A stretch of 62,800 nucleotides of DNA, counting the filler, from Bipalium vagum (taxonomy: Eukaryota): assembly GCA_037834085.1 (NCBI GenBank). It is 3 parts of 3 records of this genome, joined end to end, with 100 filler letters (N's around TTAATTAATTAA, not from the genome) between each part and the next. Parts side by side here need not be neighbours in the genome. Positions count along the whole stretch, not along the records: positions 20,355 to 43,662 come from JBBMKC010210595.1; 2 more parts are not named here. One strand, given 5' to 3'. The translations under genes and the position numbers were made by a program. The notes beneath the pieces are model-generated. The model was not told the DNA's origin, did not search any database, and worked only from the letters and a program-made list of their open reading frames with translations. Positions 27,978-40,477 of the stretch are shown piece by piece; position 1 is the first letter of the stretch; the number at the start of each line of letters is the position of its first letter.

Positions 27978-28809
27978 ATAATAAAATCCCAACTTTAGAA
28001 TTTGAACATTTAATAGTCATTTTAGTTCAATAATTGACCAGTAAACATCGCTATAAACCAAAAACTTAAAAAAGCCTAAAAAACGTAAATAATTTTAAAA
28101 TTTTTTTAACCTTAACTAAAACAAAAATTATATTAATATAATTATTATCCAAATAATTGGATTGCATTCTTCTTTTTCATTTGTCTATTATATCTTGGGA
28201 AGGAATTCGTTGATAATGGACAGATTGAAAAAGAAGAAACCAATTTTTTTAATTAAAATATCCAACGAAAAAAATCTATTATCATTTTTTTTTATCAGAA
28301 AATTTATTTTTCAATATTTATTAAATAATTAAAATTATAGAAATGATTTTTGTGATTTAATAAAAGAAAACACTAATTAATTGATATTTAACGGAAATTC
28401 GAGATAAAAGAAAAATAAAAGAAATAATTTCAAAATAAATAAACCACTTCAAAAACATTATTTATATTTTCTATCAAGACTTTACTGGAAAAATGATAGA
28501 ACAACTATTTACTGTTACCAGCCATTGCAACAGTGACCAAACCGTTGGGAAAGTTTAAATTAGAATCAGGCCTTGGTAATCATCAGTAAGATTTCCCAGT
28601 TAACCATCGAGTTGAGCCACTTGATTGAAGGGATAATAATAATTCTCATTATTAAATTTAATTGGTGTTCGTTGAATTTCTTGCTTTCCACATTAAAATT
28701 CTGCAAATCTTATCAAGAAAAATCGTGCCTAATTAAAAATTGGTTTTCATGTTTTTTCATTATATAAAAATACATATGTTTATTTCCATAACCTTTCCTG
28801 GTCTGCCAG

Positions 28810-28952
28810 CATGTAAACAGAAGGAAGAAGAACAATATCGTCCAAGCGAATCGAAAAATTCCAAAAAACCCAGACTGGTTTTCACAGATATTCAAAGAAG
28901 AACTCTCCATGCAATCTTTAAAGAAACCAAACGTCCAAGCAAAGAAATGCAA
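28810..28952 (+). CDS. onecut: onecut (HNF6-class) exon: end of CUT-HD linker and homeodomain helices 1-2
   Basis: tctgccag|CA TGT AAA (conserved phase-1 A|ACKxKE junction); CKQKEEEQYRPSESKNSKKPRLVFTDIQRRTLHAIFKETKRPSKEMQ|gtaata. Confidence 0.96.
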
Positions 28953-29077
28953 GTAATAAATTGTTTGCTCTCATGAATGAAACCTTTTTCACAAGATCAA
29001 AATGTATTTTTTGTTAACATTTATTGTTTCTTTACAAGAATTATTAACAAGTTATTTAATAAAAAAAATTAATTCAG

Positions 29078-29992
29078 GCTACAATAGCTCAACAGTTGGG
29101 TCTAGAGGTGGCTACGGTAGCAAACTTTTTCATGAATGCCAGACGACGGTCTTTGGATAAATGGAAGGAAGAGTGTCAAAGAAAACGAGGAAACAATGCC
29201 TGTGGAACTGTGGGAGATGAATCAATATCTTCAGTCAATTCTCCAGTATCTTCGACGGCCGAATCAGACTGTCCAGAGGCATCTACGAAAAATGATACTG
29301 ACAACAATTCATTTTTTTTCCCTAATAACTCGCTCTTTGATGGTATGAATTGTCATATTGCAGACAGCTTATTATCTGGCCAATTACCTACAACCTCAAT
29401 GACACACAATCCAAATGACCCTTTAAATTCATTTGCCGCTTTAAACCCTTATTCAATGGTTAATCCCAGACTTCAAGCTTATCACAAAGGTTACCAAAAT
29501 TCCATATCATCTGATGTTGCAGATGGTTTCAATACAACTCAGAAAAAAACCCCACAAAGTGATCGTAATTGTATAAATTATCGAAATAATTGTCAAAATA
29601 CATCATTTTCCCAAAATGGATATTATCCTTCCCCGTTTGTGTCCAATGTCGATTACATGTTACAACATCACGGAAATTCAGCCCAAACAACCGATGATTT
29701 GATATGTTCAGATTTTTATATGTCTCGGTCTAGAGATTTTGTAAACAACTTTTTGTCAATAGAAACCAAGCCTGATAAGTCGATTCATCACCCCAACAAA
29801 TATAACTCAATTCTCAAAGATGCACTCGACTTTTCCAATGGAGATGACAATAACAATGAAATAGTTGCTCCAATAACGTCCCTATCATCCAGTCCAAATG
29901 TTGAATTCATAAGCAAACCAAATCAAATTTCCACTGTCCATACCCAACGTGGTTCCATCTCAGTCTCAGGAGCCACGATTAATGTTAACTAA
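29078..29992 (+). CDS. onecut: onecut terminal exon: homeodomain helix 3 plus ~275-aa tail
   Basis: aattcag|GCT after a 125-nt phase-0 intron; ATIAQQLGLEVATVANFFMNARRRSLDKW carries the onecut-diagnostic F48/M50; open to TAA at 29992; AATAAA at about 30236. Confidence 0.96.
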   Translation, partial: ATIAQQLGLEVATVANFFMNARRRSLDKWKEECQRKRGNNACGTVGDESISSVNSPVSSTAESDCPEASTKNDTDNNSFFFPNNSLFDGMNCHIADSLLSGQLPTTSMTHNPNDPLNSFAALNPYSMVNPRLQAYHKGYQNSISSDVADGFNTTQKKTPQSDRNCINYRNNCQNTSFSQNGYYPSPFVSNVDYMLQHHGNSAQTTDDLICSDFYMSRSRDFVNNFLSIETKPDKSIHHPNKYNSILKDALDFSNGDDNNNEIVAPITSLSSSPNVEFISKPNQISTVHTQRGSISVSGATINVN

Positions 29993-30065
29993 TTTTATTT
30001 TGCTCATTCTTAGAGTTCATTCTATAAATGAATTGTATTAATAACATCTGAAGTTTAACTAAATT

Positions 30066-30210
30066 AATAATAATTATTATTAAAATTACTATTGTTATTA
30101 TGATTATTATGATTATTATTATTTATATTATTATGATTATTATTATTTATATTATTATTATTATTATTATCATTATTATTATCATTATTATTTTTATTAT
30201 TATTTTATTA
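30066..30210. repeat. degenerate (TAT)n in the onecut 3' UTR
   Basis: Imperfect TAT/GAT/CAT tandem units. Confidence 0.8.
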
Positions 30211-31149
30211 CATTTACATTTATTATATCATTTGTAATAAATGTTAAGGATTATGTAATATAATTATTGTTTTTTTATAATTCTTTGGCCATTTGCACGT
30301 ATTTTAATTCTCTTTATTTTATTATTTTTTTAAAAACAATTTAGTTGTTTCTTTTGTTTTTTTATTTAGGTGTAATATAGTAAGGGTGAAGACTTGACAT
30401 TATTTTAAATATACTTTAACGCTTATACAGCTTACATATCATATAATAACAGCAATACAATTAATAGATATTAATAATATTTTACTTGCATAATGAAAAA
30501 AAATAATACCAAATTATTATAATTGAGATTTAATATTATTATCATTTATTTTAATCTTGTAAGTAAAAAAATGACTTTTTTCAATGCATATTAATACTTT
30601 ATAATAATAATAATACTTTATTTTGATTTTATTGTTCTTGGGACCTCATTATTAAAATATTAAAAATATTGAAATAAAAACGAATTCCTTTTTTCTTTAG
30701 TGAAATTGTCTTTGAAAAATAACACTATATTTATTTCTATGAAGCTAATATTACACAATATAATTTTAAAAATTATTTATATTTAAAAATTAAAGAAATT
30801 GCGAAATATTTACATTTATTTTTTTTTATCTGATAAGATTCAATTTAATTAATTTAATTAATCAAGCTAATCAATCAATTTAATTACTTAACAAAAATTG
30901 GAATGAATAATTTATTCCTTATTGTGACTATGTTAATAATTTGTGTAAATAATACAGATACATTATTAAGGTAATTATTTTTTAAAAAAATTTACTGTTT
31001 TGTATTTAAATATCATTGTATTTTATACATTAACATATTACCTTATTGAAAAAGGTTACATGATTCAAAGCCTGATAGCATAAATACATCGAACATGTTT
31101 GTAGGCGATGAATTGAAAGCCTCTTTAAACGGTCAGAGTAGTCCATGTG

Positions 31150-31480
31150 CATGTGAAGGTCTTGGATTCGAATTCCGATATCTTCGATTAAGTTTCAACT
31201 AACCAACGACAACATTGCAAAAGTTGGAGAAGCAATCAGGATGGATCGTAAAATTTGTGTTCGTCATCTTGCAGAATTGCTAAATATGAACAGAGAAGGT
31301 GTTCCACGCATTTTAACACAGGCCTTAGGCATGAAGAAAGTTTGTGCAAAATTTGTTCCTAAAGTCTTGTCATACGAACAAAGGCAAAACAGAGCCAATG
31401 TTTGTTCTGATATCTTGGAACGAATTGATGAAGATAATAGTTTTTTAAATAACATTATTACGGGTGATGAGACGTTATAT
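31150..31480 (+). mobile_element. mariner relic (irritans-like)
   Basis: DRKICVRHLAELLNM...RILTQALGMKKVCAKFVPKVLSYEQRQNR...FLNNIITGDET. Confidence 0.9.
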
Positions 31481-31699
31481 AGATATCGAAAAATTGCTAG
31501 ATGCTTAGAGTGCATAGAAATCCGGAAAATATTTATATTACGTTGTATCAAAAGTTTTCGTGATTTTTATAGTTTAATTTTCTTTTATCAAAATAAATAT
31601 TTTTAATAATAATTTTTAAAATTTGATATTTTACTATCAAACTATATTGGTAAGTTTTATTTAAATAAACATATCAATGTATTTATTTGAATTTATAAT

Positions 31700-33510
31700 T
31701 ATAGTGAAATGCATACTGTAAACTTGCAATTCGAGGTTTGTTTCGTCATTGTTGAAAAAATGTATTTAATATTTTCATATTGAAGGTGTTGTTATCTATA
31801 GCAAAGTATCATATTAGTTCTAAAAGGTTTCTAAACGGAGATACTATTCTCGAAGATAAGCTCTGACCAAAAATAAATGATAAATGAAGGGGTTTTACAC
31901 GAAGCATTAATTGATCATTCACATGCCTTGGAAATCGGTAAAAATCTTTTGCAAAATCCTACACATGATCCATTTTGATGTCCCATTGCTATTACAGATC
32001 AAAAATGGATTTATTATATTAATCGATCGTAAATTAAATGTTGAATATTACATGACCAACCTCCTGCAACAAGTGTCCATAAAAATCAATTAGAAGAAAA
32101 GGTAATAATCAGTGTTTGGTTTAATTATTAGGTTGGTACAAAAATAATGCATCTTTTATAACTTCAAAACTTAGCATATCATAAGTCGGACCAAACAAAC
32201 ATTTATTATTCAAAGTAACATCCTTGTGATTCCACACATTTCTGCCAACGCAAAATAAGCTTGATGGTACCAGAGAAACATAGAAATCCGTTTGTGTGCA
32301 CCTCACAAATTCCAAAAAGGTATTTTCAGCATCGGCTTGGTTGTTGAAGCACTTACCTTGAAGGAAGTTTTGTAGATGTTTGAAAAAGTGGAAGTCTGTT
32401 GGTGCTAAGTCTGGGGAATATGGAAGATGGGGCAGAATTTCGTAACCCAATTCGTTAATTTTCTGTAAGGTTGATATTGCGATGTGTGGTCTGGCATTAT
32501 CCTGAAGAATGATTGGTCCTTTTCTGTTTACCAAAGCTGGACTCAAAATTTGTAATTTTTGGTGCATATCGTTGATTTGCTGACAGTAACTGTTGCACGT
32601 AATCGTTTTTCCAGGATCCAGGAAATTCAAATGGATCAAACCATGTTCGCACCACCAAACAGTTATCATTACCTTTTTCTGTTGCAATTTTTGTTTCGGA
32701 AAGGTTTTGGAGGTTCACTTTTGTCCAGCTATTGACTAGAGCGTTGCCTATTATCGTACAAATCTATTTCTCATCACATGTTACAATTATATTGAGAAAT
32801 GGATCGTTTTTGTTACGAAAAAGAAGGGAAGACGCAACTTCAAAGCGACGTAATTTTTGGTTTGCATTGACCTCGTGTGGCACCCATTTGTCCAGCTTCT
32901 TCACTTTTCCAATTTGTCCAAGGTGTATCACAATTGTTGAATGATGAACCTGAAGTTCTTTTGCAACTTCTCTTGTGGTTTTCCTAGAATCAGATTCGAT
33001 GGCAGCCTCTAATTGATCATTTTCTACAGCTGATGGACGACCACGACCTTCTTTATCCTCCAGACTATAATTATTGTTTTCAAACTTTAAGAACCAACTC
33101 TGAACTGTTGTTTTGTTCACGCTCCCTATGCCCCATACTGCATTAATATTTTGTGCTGTTTACGCAGCGCTTCTGCCTAACTTGAACTCATAAAAATATA
33201 TTTTACGGAAGTCCTTTTTCGACATCTAAAACACATAGTTTTCATTTCTAAATAAATTATGAAATATTTAAATTTACTTTAAATTATTAATTAATTAATG
33301 CTCTTAAACAGGTGAATATTACTAAGAATAACAATTAGATTTTAAAAAGGGTATTGTTTAGTTAAAAAATGCTTTAGTTATACAATGCAAAAAGATGCAT
33401 TATTTTTGCACCAACCTAATATGAAGATGTATTTATTTATACATGAAGATTCATTTAGATTTTATACCATATGGTCTTGCAGTGAATGTGGTTTTTATTT
33501 TTAAAAATAA
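31700..33510 (+). mobile_element. old mariner relic interrupted by the 32128-33419 element
   Basis: Left part ITDQKWIYYIN...KNQLEEKVIISVWFN-Y; resumes after the insertion as YE...IHLDFIPYGLAVN (KVM..VWWNYEGV.HFE..P.G..VN motif). Confidence 0.7.
32128..33419 (-). mobile_element. full-length (1292 bp) mariner, cecropia/Hsmar1-like, DD34D transposase pseudogene
   Basis: 30-bp TIRs TTAGGTTGGT(A/G)CAAAAATAATGCATCTTTT with one mismatch; TA target duplication at 32126-27 and 33420-21; ATG at 33225; WVPHEV, TCDEK, QDNARPH, YSPDLAPTD with 34 residues between D2 and D3; three premature stops and two frameshifts. Confidence 0.97.
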
Positions 33511-33999
33511 TAAATTATTTTTTGTTATTTTTTCATTTAATTACATTATAGTTTGTGTGAATTTGGAATTCACGGAAATTTTTCATACATCCTTTATATA
33601 AAAAAAGTCAGAAAATACCCAAAATGTGGGCACACAATATTCTGGTAATTATTTTTAATAAAACTTTACCTTGAGTTTTTTTTAATATTTTTGCATTTTT
33701 TAAACTTTAAAACGACGGAGTCACACTGGAGCACTTAATAAAAGTAGATGAAGAAAAAAATATTACAAAGCTGGAGTTTCAAAAAAGATTTTATTTTAAT
33801 GTGTCGTACGCAACCAATCTTCAGATATAAGTAAAAATTTCCAGTAAATTTTTTCCCCCAACATTCTTGGTAATCTTAACAGGTGAAAATTTTAATGCTT
33901 TACTGCTTAGTTCCAATTCAGAAGGTAATATTGGTTTAAAAGCTTATTGTGTTTTTATATACTGACCAAGTAAGATTTTTGACAGTATTTTTTAGAAGT

Positions 34000-34740
34000 A
34001 CAATAAGTATATATTTAAGATTATGCACTTTTCAGGTTTCATTGAAAAACCTTTAATTACTTGAAAAAAGAAAGGTAAATCTGTGAGACCTCTCTGTACC
34101 TTATAAAGGTAGACAGATTTTCATTCTTTGAAGTCTAAATTTTCAGTAGTAATATAAAGTCTCTTAATTTATTTATAAATCTTTCTTTCTAAAGATTGCA
34201 AAATGATTTCATTTTTATGCATCAATTCTTGAAGAGTAAGTGATTGTGCTACCAACGTCGTATACTTATGCTTTTTTGACAATTGCTGAGCTTATTAGTC
34301 TGACTGAATTCTCGAAATACCAACAAGACCGTTAAAGTTCTTTCCAGAGTTCGGTTTCGAAACACCAGTTAGTATCATTATTTTCGAGTGTATGAATATT
34401 ATGTCTCACATGTGTTGTGGTGATGCTGTTGGCATCATTTTAGTTTTTGATCCTTCTGATCATCTGTAATGAAAGGGCACATTTTCCCACGGTAAATTCT
34501 AAAACTTTTACTGGCATCAATTCTTTTAACGTTGCTATTTTGGATTTCAATAACATTTGAAAAATATAAAGTCTTAGAGAACTGTCCTTCATATCAAATA
34601 TACCATGTTCAAAAAGCTTGTACCACAATTTTCTTGTATAGTTTTACTTACATAGATATCTTAATATAATTCTTCTACCTTAGCTTATTTTGGTTACACC
34701 TTTCGCAATTTGACCAACAATCATTCATTACACTATATAT
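34000..34740 (-). mobile_element. very decayed Tc1/mariner-like relic
   Basis: KCALSLQMIRRI...HVRHNIHTLEN resembles an HTH region; no catalytic motif recognised. Confidence 0.3.
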
Positions 34741-35936
34741 AAGCAATTGTTTATGATTTTTTTTTAAATTCAAATTTTTACAAATTAAAACAAATGTCAG
34801 TTAGAAATAAAACGATGTATCTTTATGAAAATTAAATACATTAAATTCACTTTTTTTAAGGATGGAGTAAGTATTTTATTCATATTTTAAATTTATTGAA
34901 AATAGCTAAAAAAAACTTGTTTATCTTGAAATTAAGAATAAAGTCTAACAATATTAGAAATAAATCTTGACAGAACAATTATTATAAAACAATATTTAAA
35001 TGATGATTTATAATTTTTAAAAATACTTAATCATTATTTCATTAAAACTTTCTTGAAAACCTCTTCTTACTCAACTCATCATTATTGTCACATGATGTAA
35101 TGTGTCAAATAATAATAAATATAAATGTATTTTTTTTATGTTTATAAATTCTTAAATTAAAATTGAAAATAGAAATTTTGTTTAAATTGGACAGAACACA
35201 ATTAATATATTTTGAAAATAAATTATTTAAAAATAAGCAAAGGGATTTTTCATTTTTTATAAAAATTCGATGAAAACCAATCAGTCATGAATGTATTTGG
35301 CTTTTTACATTCCCCATAGTAAAAAAGTAAAATAAATTTCTGAAAACCTTGTGCAAAGAATAAACTTTTGCCATTAAAGAAATTTCAAATTCTTTTCATA
35401 ATTCTTCACAATGGACTGCATTCGGGAAAAACATTTTTCATACTCTCTCTGGGCTCGAATACACGTGCTCAACGAAAAAAAAATTTTTTTCATCTTTGAA
35501 GATATAATAATATTAAAAAAAATTATCTCCCAATCAATATTGAAATATTTAGCAGAAAATTATTTTTATATATTTTTCTTTAAATAAGTTAGATGAATTA
35601 TTAAGTAGTAGTATTGATTTTTCAACAGTGGGAGAAAACCTGGTGAGTGATTGAATCAAGATAGCAGGGATATATTGTTCAGAAAAATAATTTATTAACA
35701 TACATGTAAAAATTTTTTTTAAAAAATAATTGCAATTTCTATTATTATTATTATTATCAATAATAATAATAATAATGGATTAATGAAAATAATTAAGCAA
35801 CTTTATAACCAAAAATAATTTTATTTTTTACTTCACTCTGAAAAAAGATATTAAGAAATAAACAGAGATCTGAAAATTGATATTTATATACTAAGATAAA
35901 TGTATATGAAATGAATTATTGATACCAGAAACAAAT

Positions 35937-35968
<32 letters not shown>

Positions 35969-38549
35969 TATTATTATTATTACTATTCGTTGTTAATTTT
36001 TGATTAATCAAAGGATATTGAGGTATTACTTCAATTCAGAGCAGTGTATGAATATCGGTCGACGTTATCAATCACAATAAAGTATTACTTAATATAATTC
36101 GTAATTGCTGTTTCATATAAATAATAATTTTGTACGGACTAACAGTAAGACAGGATGAATATTCTAAAATTCTTAAATTTTAATTCTTAAAAAAATTTAA
36201 AATATCTAACTTACATTTTAACACAGATTTCTTATATATAAACAAATATCTTTAAAATTAAAATTGATTAACTAACATGGCAGACATAGACGATAACAAA
36301 AATCATTATAAAAAAACTTAACATCGTAACAAAATAATATTGTATTTAAAAATCTTCGTCGGATTACTTTAAAAAAACCATGTATAATAAATCATAAATA
36401 TTAAAATGTAATTTTATTTACTTTAAAATATGTATTATTGTCTATAATTATTATTATTATTATAAAATTAAATTCTTTTTAAAAATTTACAATAATATAG
36501 ACCACTTTTTTAAACTCTCAAGAATTTTAAATTAAAAAATGAAAATTATCTCTAAAAATTAAAGTCTCAATTAAAACAAAAACATATTCTTCACAATTTT
36601 TTATTTTCTTTTAAACATTTAATTTATTAAAATCATTTACTCTGAATTTATTAATATTATAATAAGTATATATAGTACGAAGAATTTTTATCTTATCTAC
36701 TTTTATAGAATTTTTTTTTCCAAAAAATATTTTTATAAAATATATTATTATTTTAAAAATTCGTAATAATTTCAGAAAAAATATTTTTATTCTTTAAATA
36801 ATAAATCCATTATTATTATCATTTTTATTATCATTATTATTATGCCAATTTTGTATTTCTTCAGTTTCAATAATAGCGTGAAAATCTCATATTATTTCTC
36901 TGATTTTTAAAGGATTAATAGCCTTTATTAACAAAAAATGGGGAAAAAATTGTCATCTCAACACAGTGGAATTAAATTTACTGAAATTTCCAAAAATAAT
37001 TATTATTGTGTTTCCAATTGAAAAACTGCGAAAATTCCAAAGAACATAAATTACCGTATTTTCGAAGTAATCACTGAGTGTAAAATATAGGAAATTAGTT
37101 GGCTCAGTAGAACTATACATCGAACGTTGTTATTTGATTAACTTCTGACACCATCAATAATAGTGTCACAATAGTCATAGTACTCTCCATTCATATGGCA
37201 ATGACCCCTCGCTAATTGCCTTGTGGCAGAATGGCAAAAATTGGAGAATATCCCAAATAATCAACATCCTCACTCCACTAGTCACATACAGACTCGTCTT
37301 GACGATGCAAATCCCAAATCAACACTCAAGTGTATTTATATGAATCAGTTTTTGTCTCATGACACCAAGTCCAAGATCCACTTCACATACCTGATGATGG
37401 CTGAAAATTAGTGCCCAGTTCTATTCTCCACAGAATCTCAGATATCTTAATTTACAATCGAAATGAAAATTTCAACAAAACAAAAAAACAAACAAAAAAA
37501 AACTCCACTTAATGGAGTTAGGGGCAACTGTTTAGTATGCAATGCCTACAACTCCGACCATGTGTCAATGTTTGACCGCCTCTAGGCAATATATTTATCA
37601 AGATTGGATGTAAGATGACTCTTAAAATATTTAAAAATTCAGCTGAGCTCGTCGACCAAGGAATCGTATAGTTCGTTTCGTTTCGCTTTTTTCCCCCTAT
37701 TTCCCTATTCAAAGTTACGGGCTCACATCAGATTTGAGGTGCGGCTGTATTAATCTTTGAGTTGAGCTGAATTTTTGCATTTTAATTATTGTTTCAAGTT
37801 TCTGTAGCGTTTGGATAAAAGCGAGCGAAGTGAGATTTTATTACGATTCTTCAACACTTGATACTGAATAATAAGTTTCTGTTGTGGCTTCTTCAAAACC
37901 ACCGAATGTTAATTGCCATTCTATGCTATTTTGATTAGTGGTACTCGATGTTTTCATTATTGCTTAACGACTGAAATGGATAATTTTCCTATAGGAAAGT
38001 GAGAGAAATATATATACAATAATTACATCGTGACTAATTATTTAATTTAATTTGATTTAATTAAATAACTCATTTGAAAATTATCTCAGAAAATATTTCC
38101 TCACATATTATATATTTTTTTAATGTTTATTTATTATTATTTTTTTTTAAAAAAAATAAATGTTTGAGATGAAATTTTAATTATATAATTTAAAAAAAAT
38201 TAAATTAAATTAAATATAATATATTTTTTCTAATTATTGAACATTTTTCATTAAACATTGATTTGGCTGTTTGATAAAATTATATTGATTATAATATTAT
38301 TTTTGGAATATTTATATAATAAAAATAGACTATCAAAATTTCATATTCTTTTAACATTATTAGTATTATTTGATTGTATAATAATTGGCTAATAAATAAT
38401 ATTTTATTAAATAAATTTGGGCATGATCAACCTTATTTTTATTCCGAATATTTCATTTGATTTAAATAATAGATATAAAATAATCGCTGTAATGTCGTTT
38501 TTATTAATTAATTAACTTATTTATTTTTATTATTAAATTTATTTTACAG

Positions 38550-39190
38550 TAAACTGCGGTGAAAGAAAAAGCAAAGTTAAAGAGAACGAATTCAGAATAA
38601 TTATAGGAAATTTTGATAATAATGATGAACGAAAGATCTGTGAATCATTATTAATCAAAGAAAGGCAACCAAATATTATTATCCATACGGGAGAGTAAGA
38701 ACCAATGGATCGTTAATGTTTTCTGCAATTAATTTTTTTTTAAAAAAAAAAAAACAAAAAAAATTATTTTATCCAATAATAATTAAGAAAAATAATTTTT
38801 AATTAGTAGATACATTTAATTTTGTTTATTATTTTTAGTTTATTTTTTATTCATAATTTACTATTTTCAAACAGGGACAATGTAAAAATAATTGTTAATT
38901 AAATATATTAAAGTTTTATTAAGATACTATTTTCAGGAACATAAGAGTTATTCAATAAAATTCTTCTTTTATGCAAACCATGAGACAAAACGTATAAGGC
39001 AAGTAGATATTAAACTGTTAAATGCGATAATGACGTCATATAAAAACTAAAAAGTATTGTTATGAAGAAAATTGAAAATTGTTTAACATTTTTAAATTTA
39101 TTGATTAATGAAAAAGTATGGAGTTGTGAAGAAGAAATTTATAAAATAAAGAATACTGTTAAAAGCCTTTACACTATAACCAATGACTAA
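38550..39190 (+). mobile_element. Penelope-like element relics (GIY-YIG C-terminus and late RT block)
   Basis: ENEFRIIIGNFDNNDERKICESLLIKERQPNII (F.I.....RK..ESL.I....P.LN pattern) and EEKIENCLTFLNLLINE...EIYK (E.E....L.FLD..I....IYRK pattern). Confidence 0.6.
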
Positions 39191-39569
39191 TATAATTAAT
39201 TATTTATTATTTCAATACAACACAGTGGGATAACTTTCCCATTCTCATGCTTTGCTCTCATTAATCGAAAGTTCTTCGGTTGAGCTTAATTGCACTTAGT
39301 CATGTAAATAAAATGTAATTTTTCCTTTTTCAAAACCAGATCAATTTTGATTTAAATACGTTTAAGGTAAATATTTACATTAAATAAGTAAACAAACCTT
39401 AACACTTCTCATTTAATTCCTTCGTGATTTCCTTATGGGTAAATTCTACATTTTTGAATGCGACAGTTGATTAAAATGTTAAAAAATTAATTAAATATTT
39501 ATTAAAAAATTTAATTAATAATTATAAAATTTTATATAATTTCAATTTCAAATACTTAAAATAACGAAG

Positions 39570-40477
39570 GCATTTTGCATTTTTATCCATCACCCATCGA
39601 TAAAATTGCACCAATTTCCGCTACCCATTTAGTTATTGAATTCACTATTGAAGGGTTTGAAAGTTAAGGTGTTTTTGTACCTAAAAGTGAAGCAGAATTC
39701 ACGATTTGTCTACCATAAAGTATCCTATCTTCAGCAGTTTGAACAAGCCAGCAATTATCAAGATAAGTTATTTAAATAGTTTGGAATGAAGTTTAATATT
39801 CTCTGATTAATATAAAAAAGCTACATGATTCTAGTATTAAATTCATATGCTTTTAATACTATTCAGAAATTATTAGAAGGAATAAGGTGATAATGGATTA
39901 TTACACAAGAGGAAGTGGTCTATCGACAAGAACTTTTAGGGCATTCAAGTAGTAAGAATGTCTTAAAAGGTTGATATCGAGATTTTAAGATCACATTCAA
40001 CAACTTTTAAAGTGAATTGAGTGCTTTGTAAATGGCCAAGCATCTCTGACAGCTTGCGAGTGCTGGTACTAGGCTACTGCTCTATCAAATCACAAAATGT
40101 CCTCTTCTTTCGTGACCGTCCTGATCTTCAAGACTTGTGTTTCCAAATTTGAAGCGACAAAATCGCCATTGGACTGTGTTTTCTTGACAAAATCTTTGCC
40201 TTCTACGTCGCAAATTTTTCGATTTGCAGCTGCTGCTTTTCAGGTCTTTTTTCCAATAATGTCTTAAAAACCTCTAAATACTGTTTTTTCATCAATCATT
40301 TTTAAGTATAAAAATATTTAAAAGAGTTTAGAAATATTTTATTTTAAAGCCTACATATATTCAGCTTTTCAGTAGTTTTAAAATGATACCATATTTTTAA
40401 TGTAAAACTTAATTGATGTAGTTAAACAAATACTTAAAATAACTAAAAAATGAAAAACTTTTTTATTCACCCCGGTA
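39570..40477 (-). mobile_element. decayed mariner, same family as 59819-60230
   Basis: TIR TACCGGGGTGAATAAAAAAG; RHYWKK.LKAAAANRKICDVEGKDFVK...FCRFKFGNTSLEDQD; clear nucleotide similarity to the 59.8-60.2 kb copy. Confidence 0.85.

Noticed and set aside
37391-37420. CTGATGA followed by TGGC...GCC
   Set aside because: No GAAA after the putative stem II and no stems I or III
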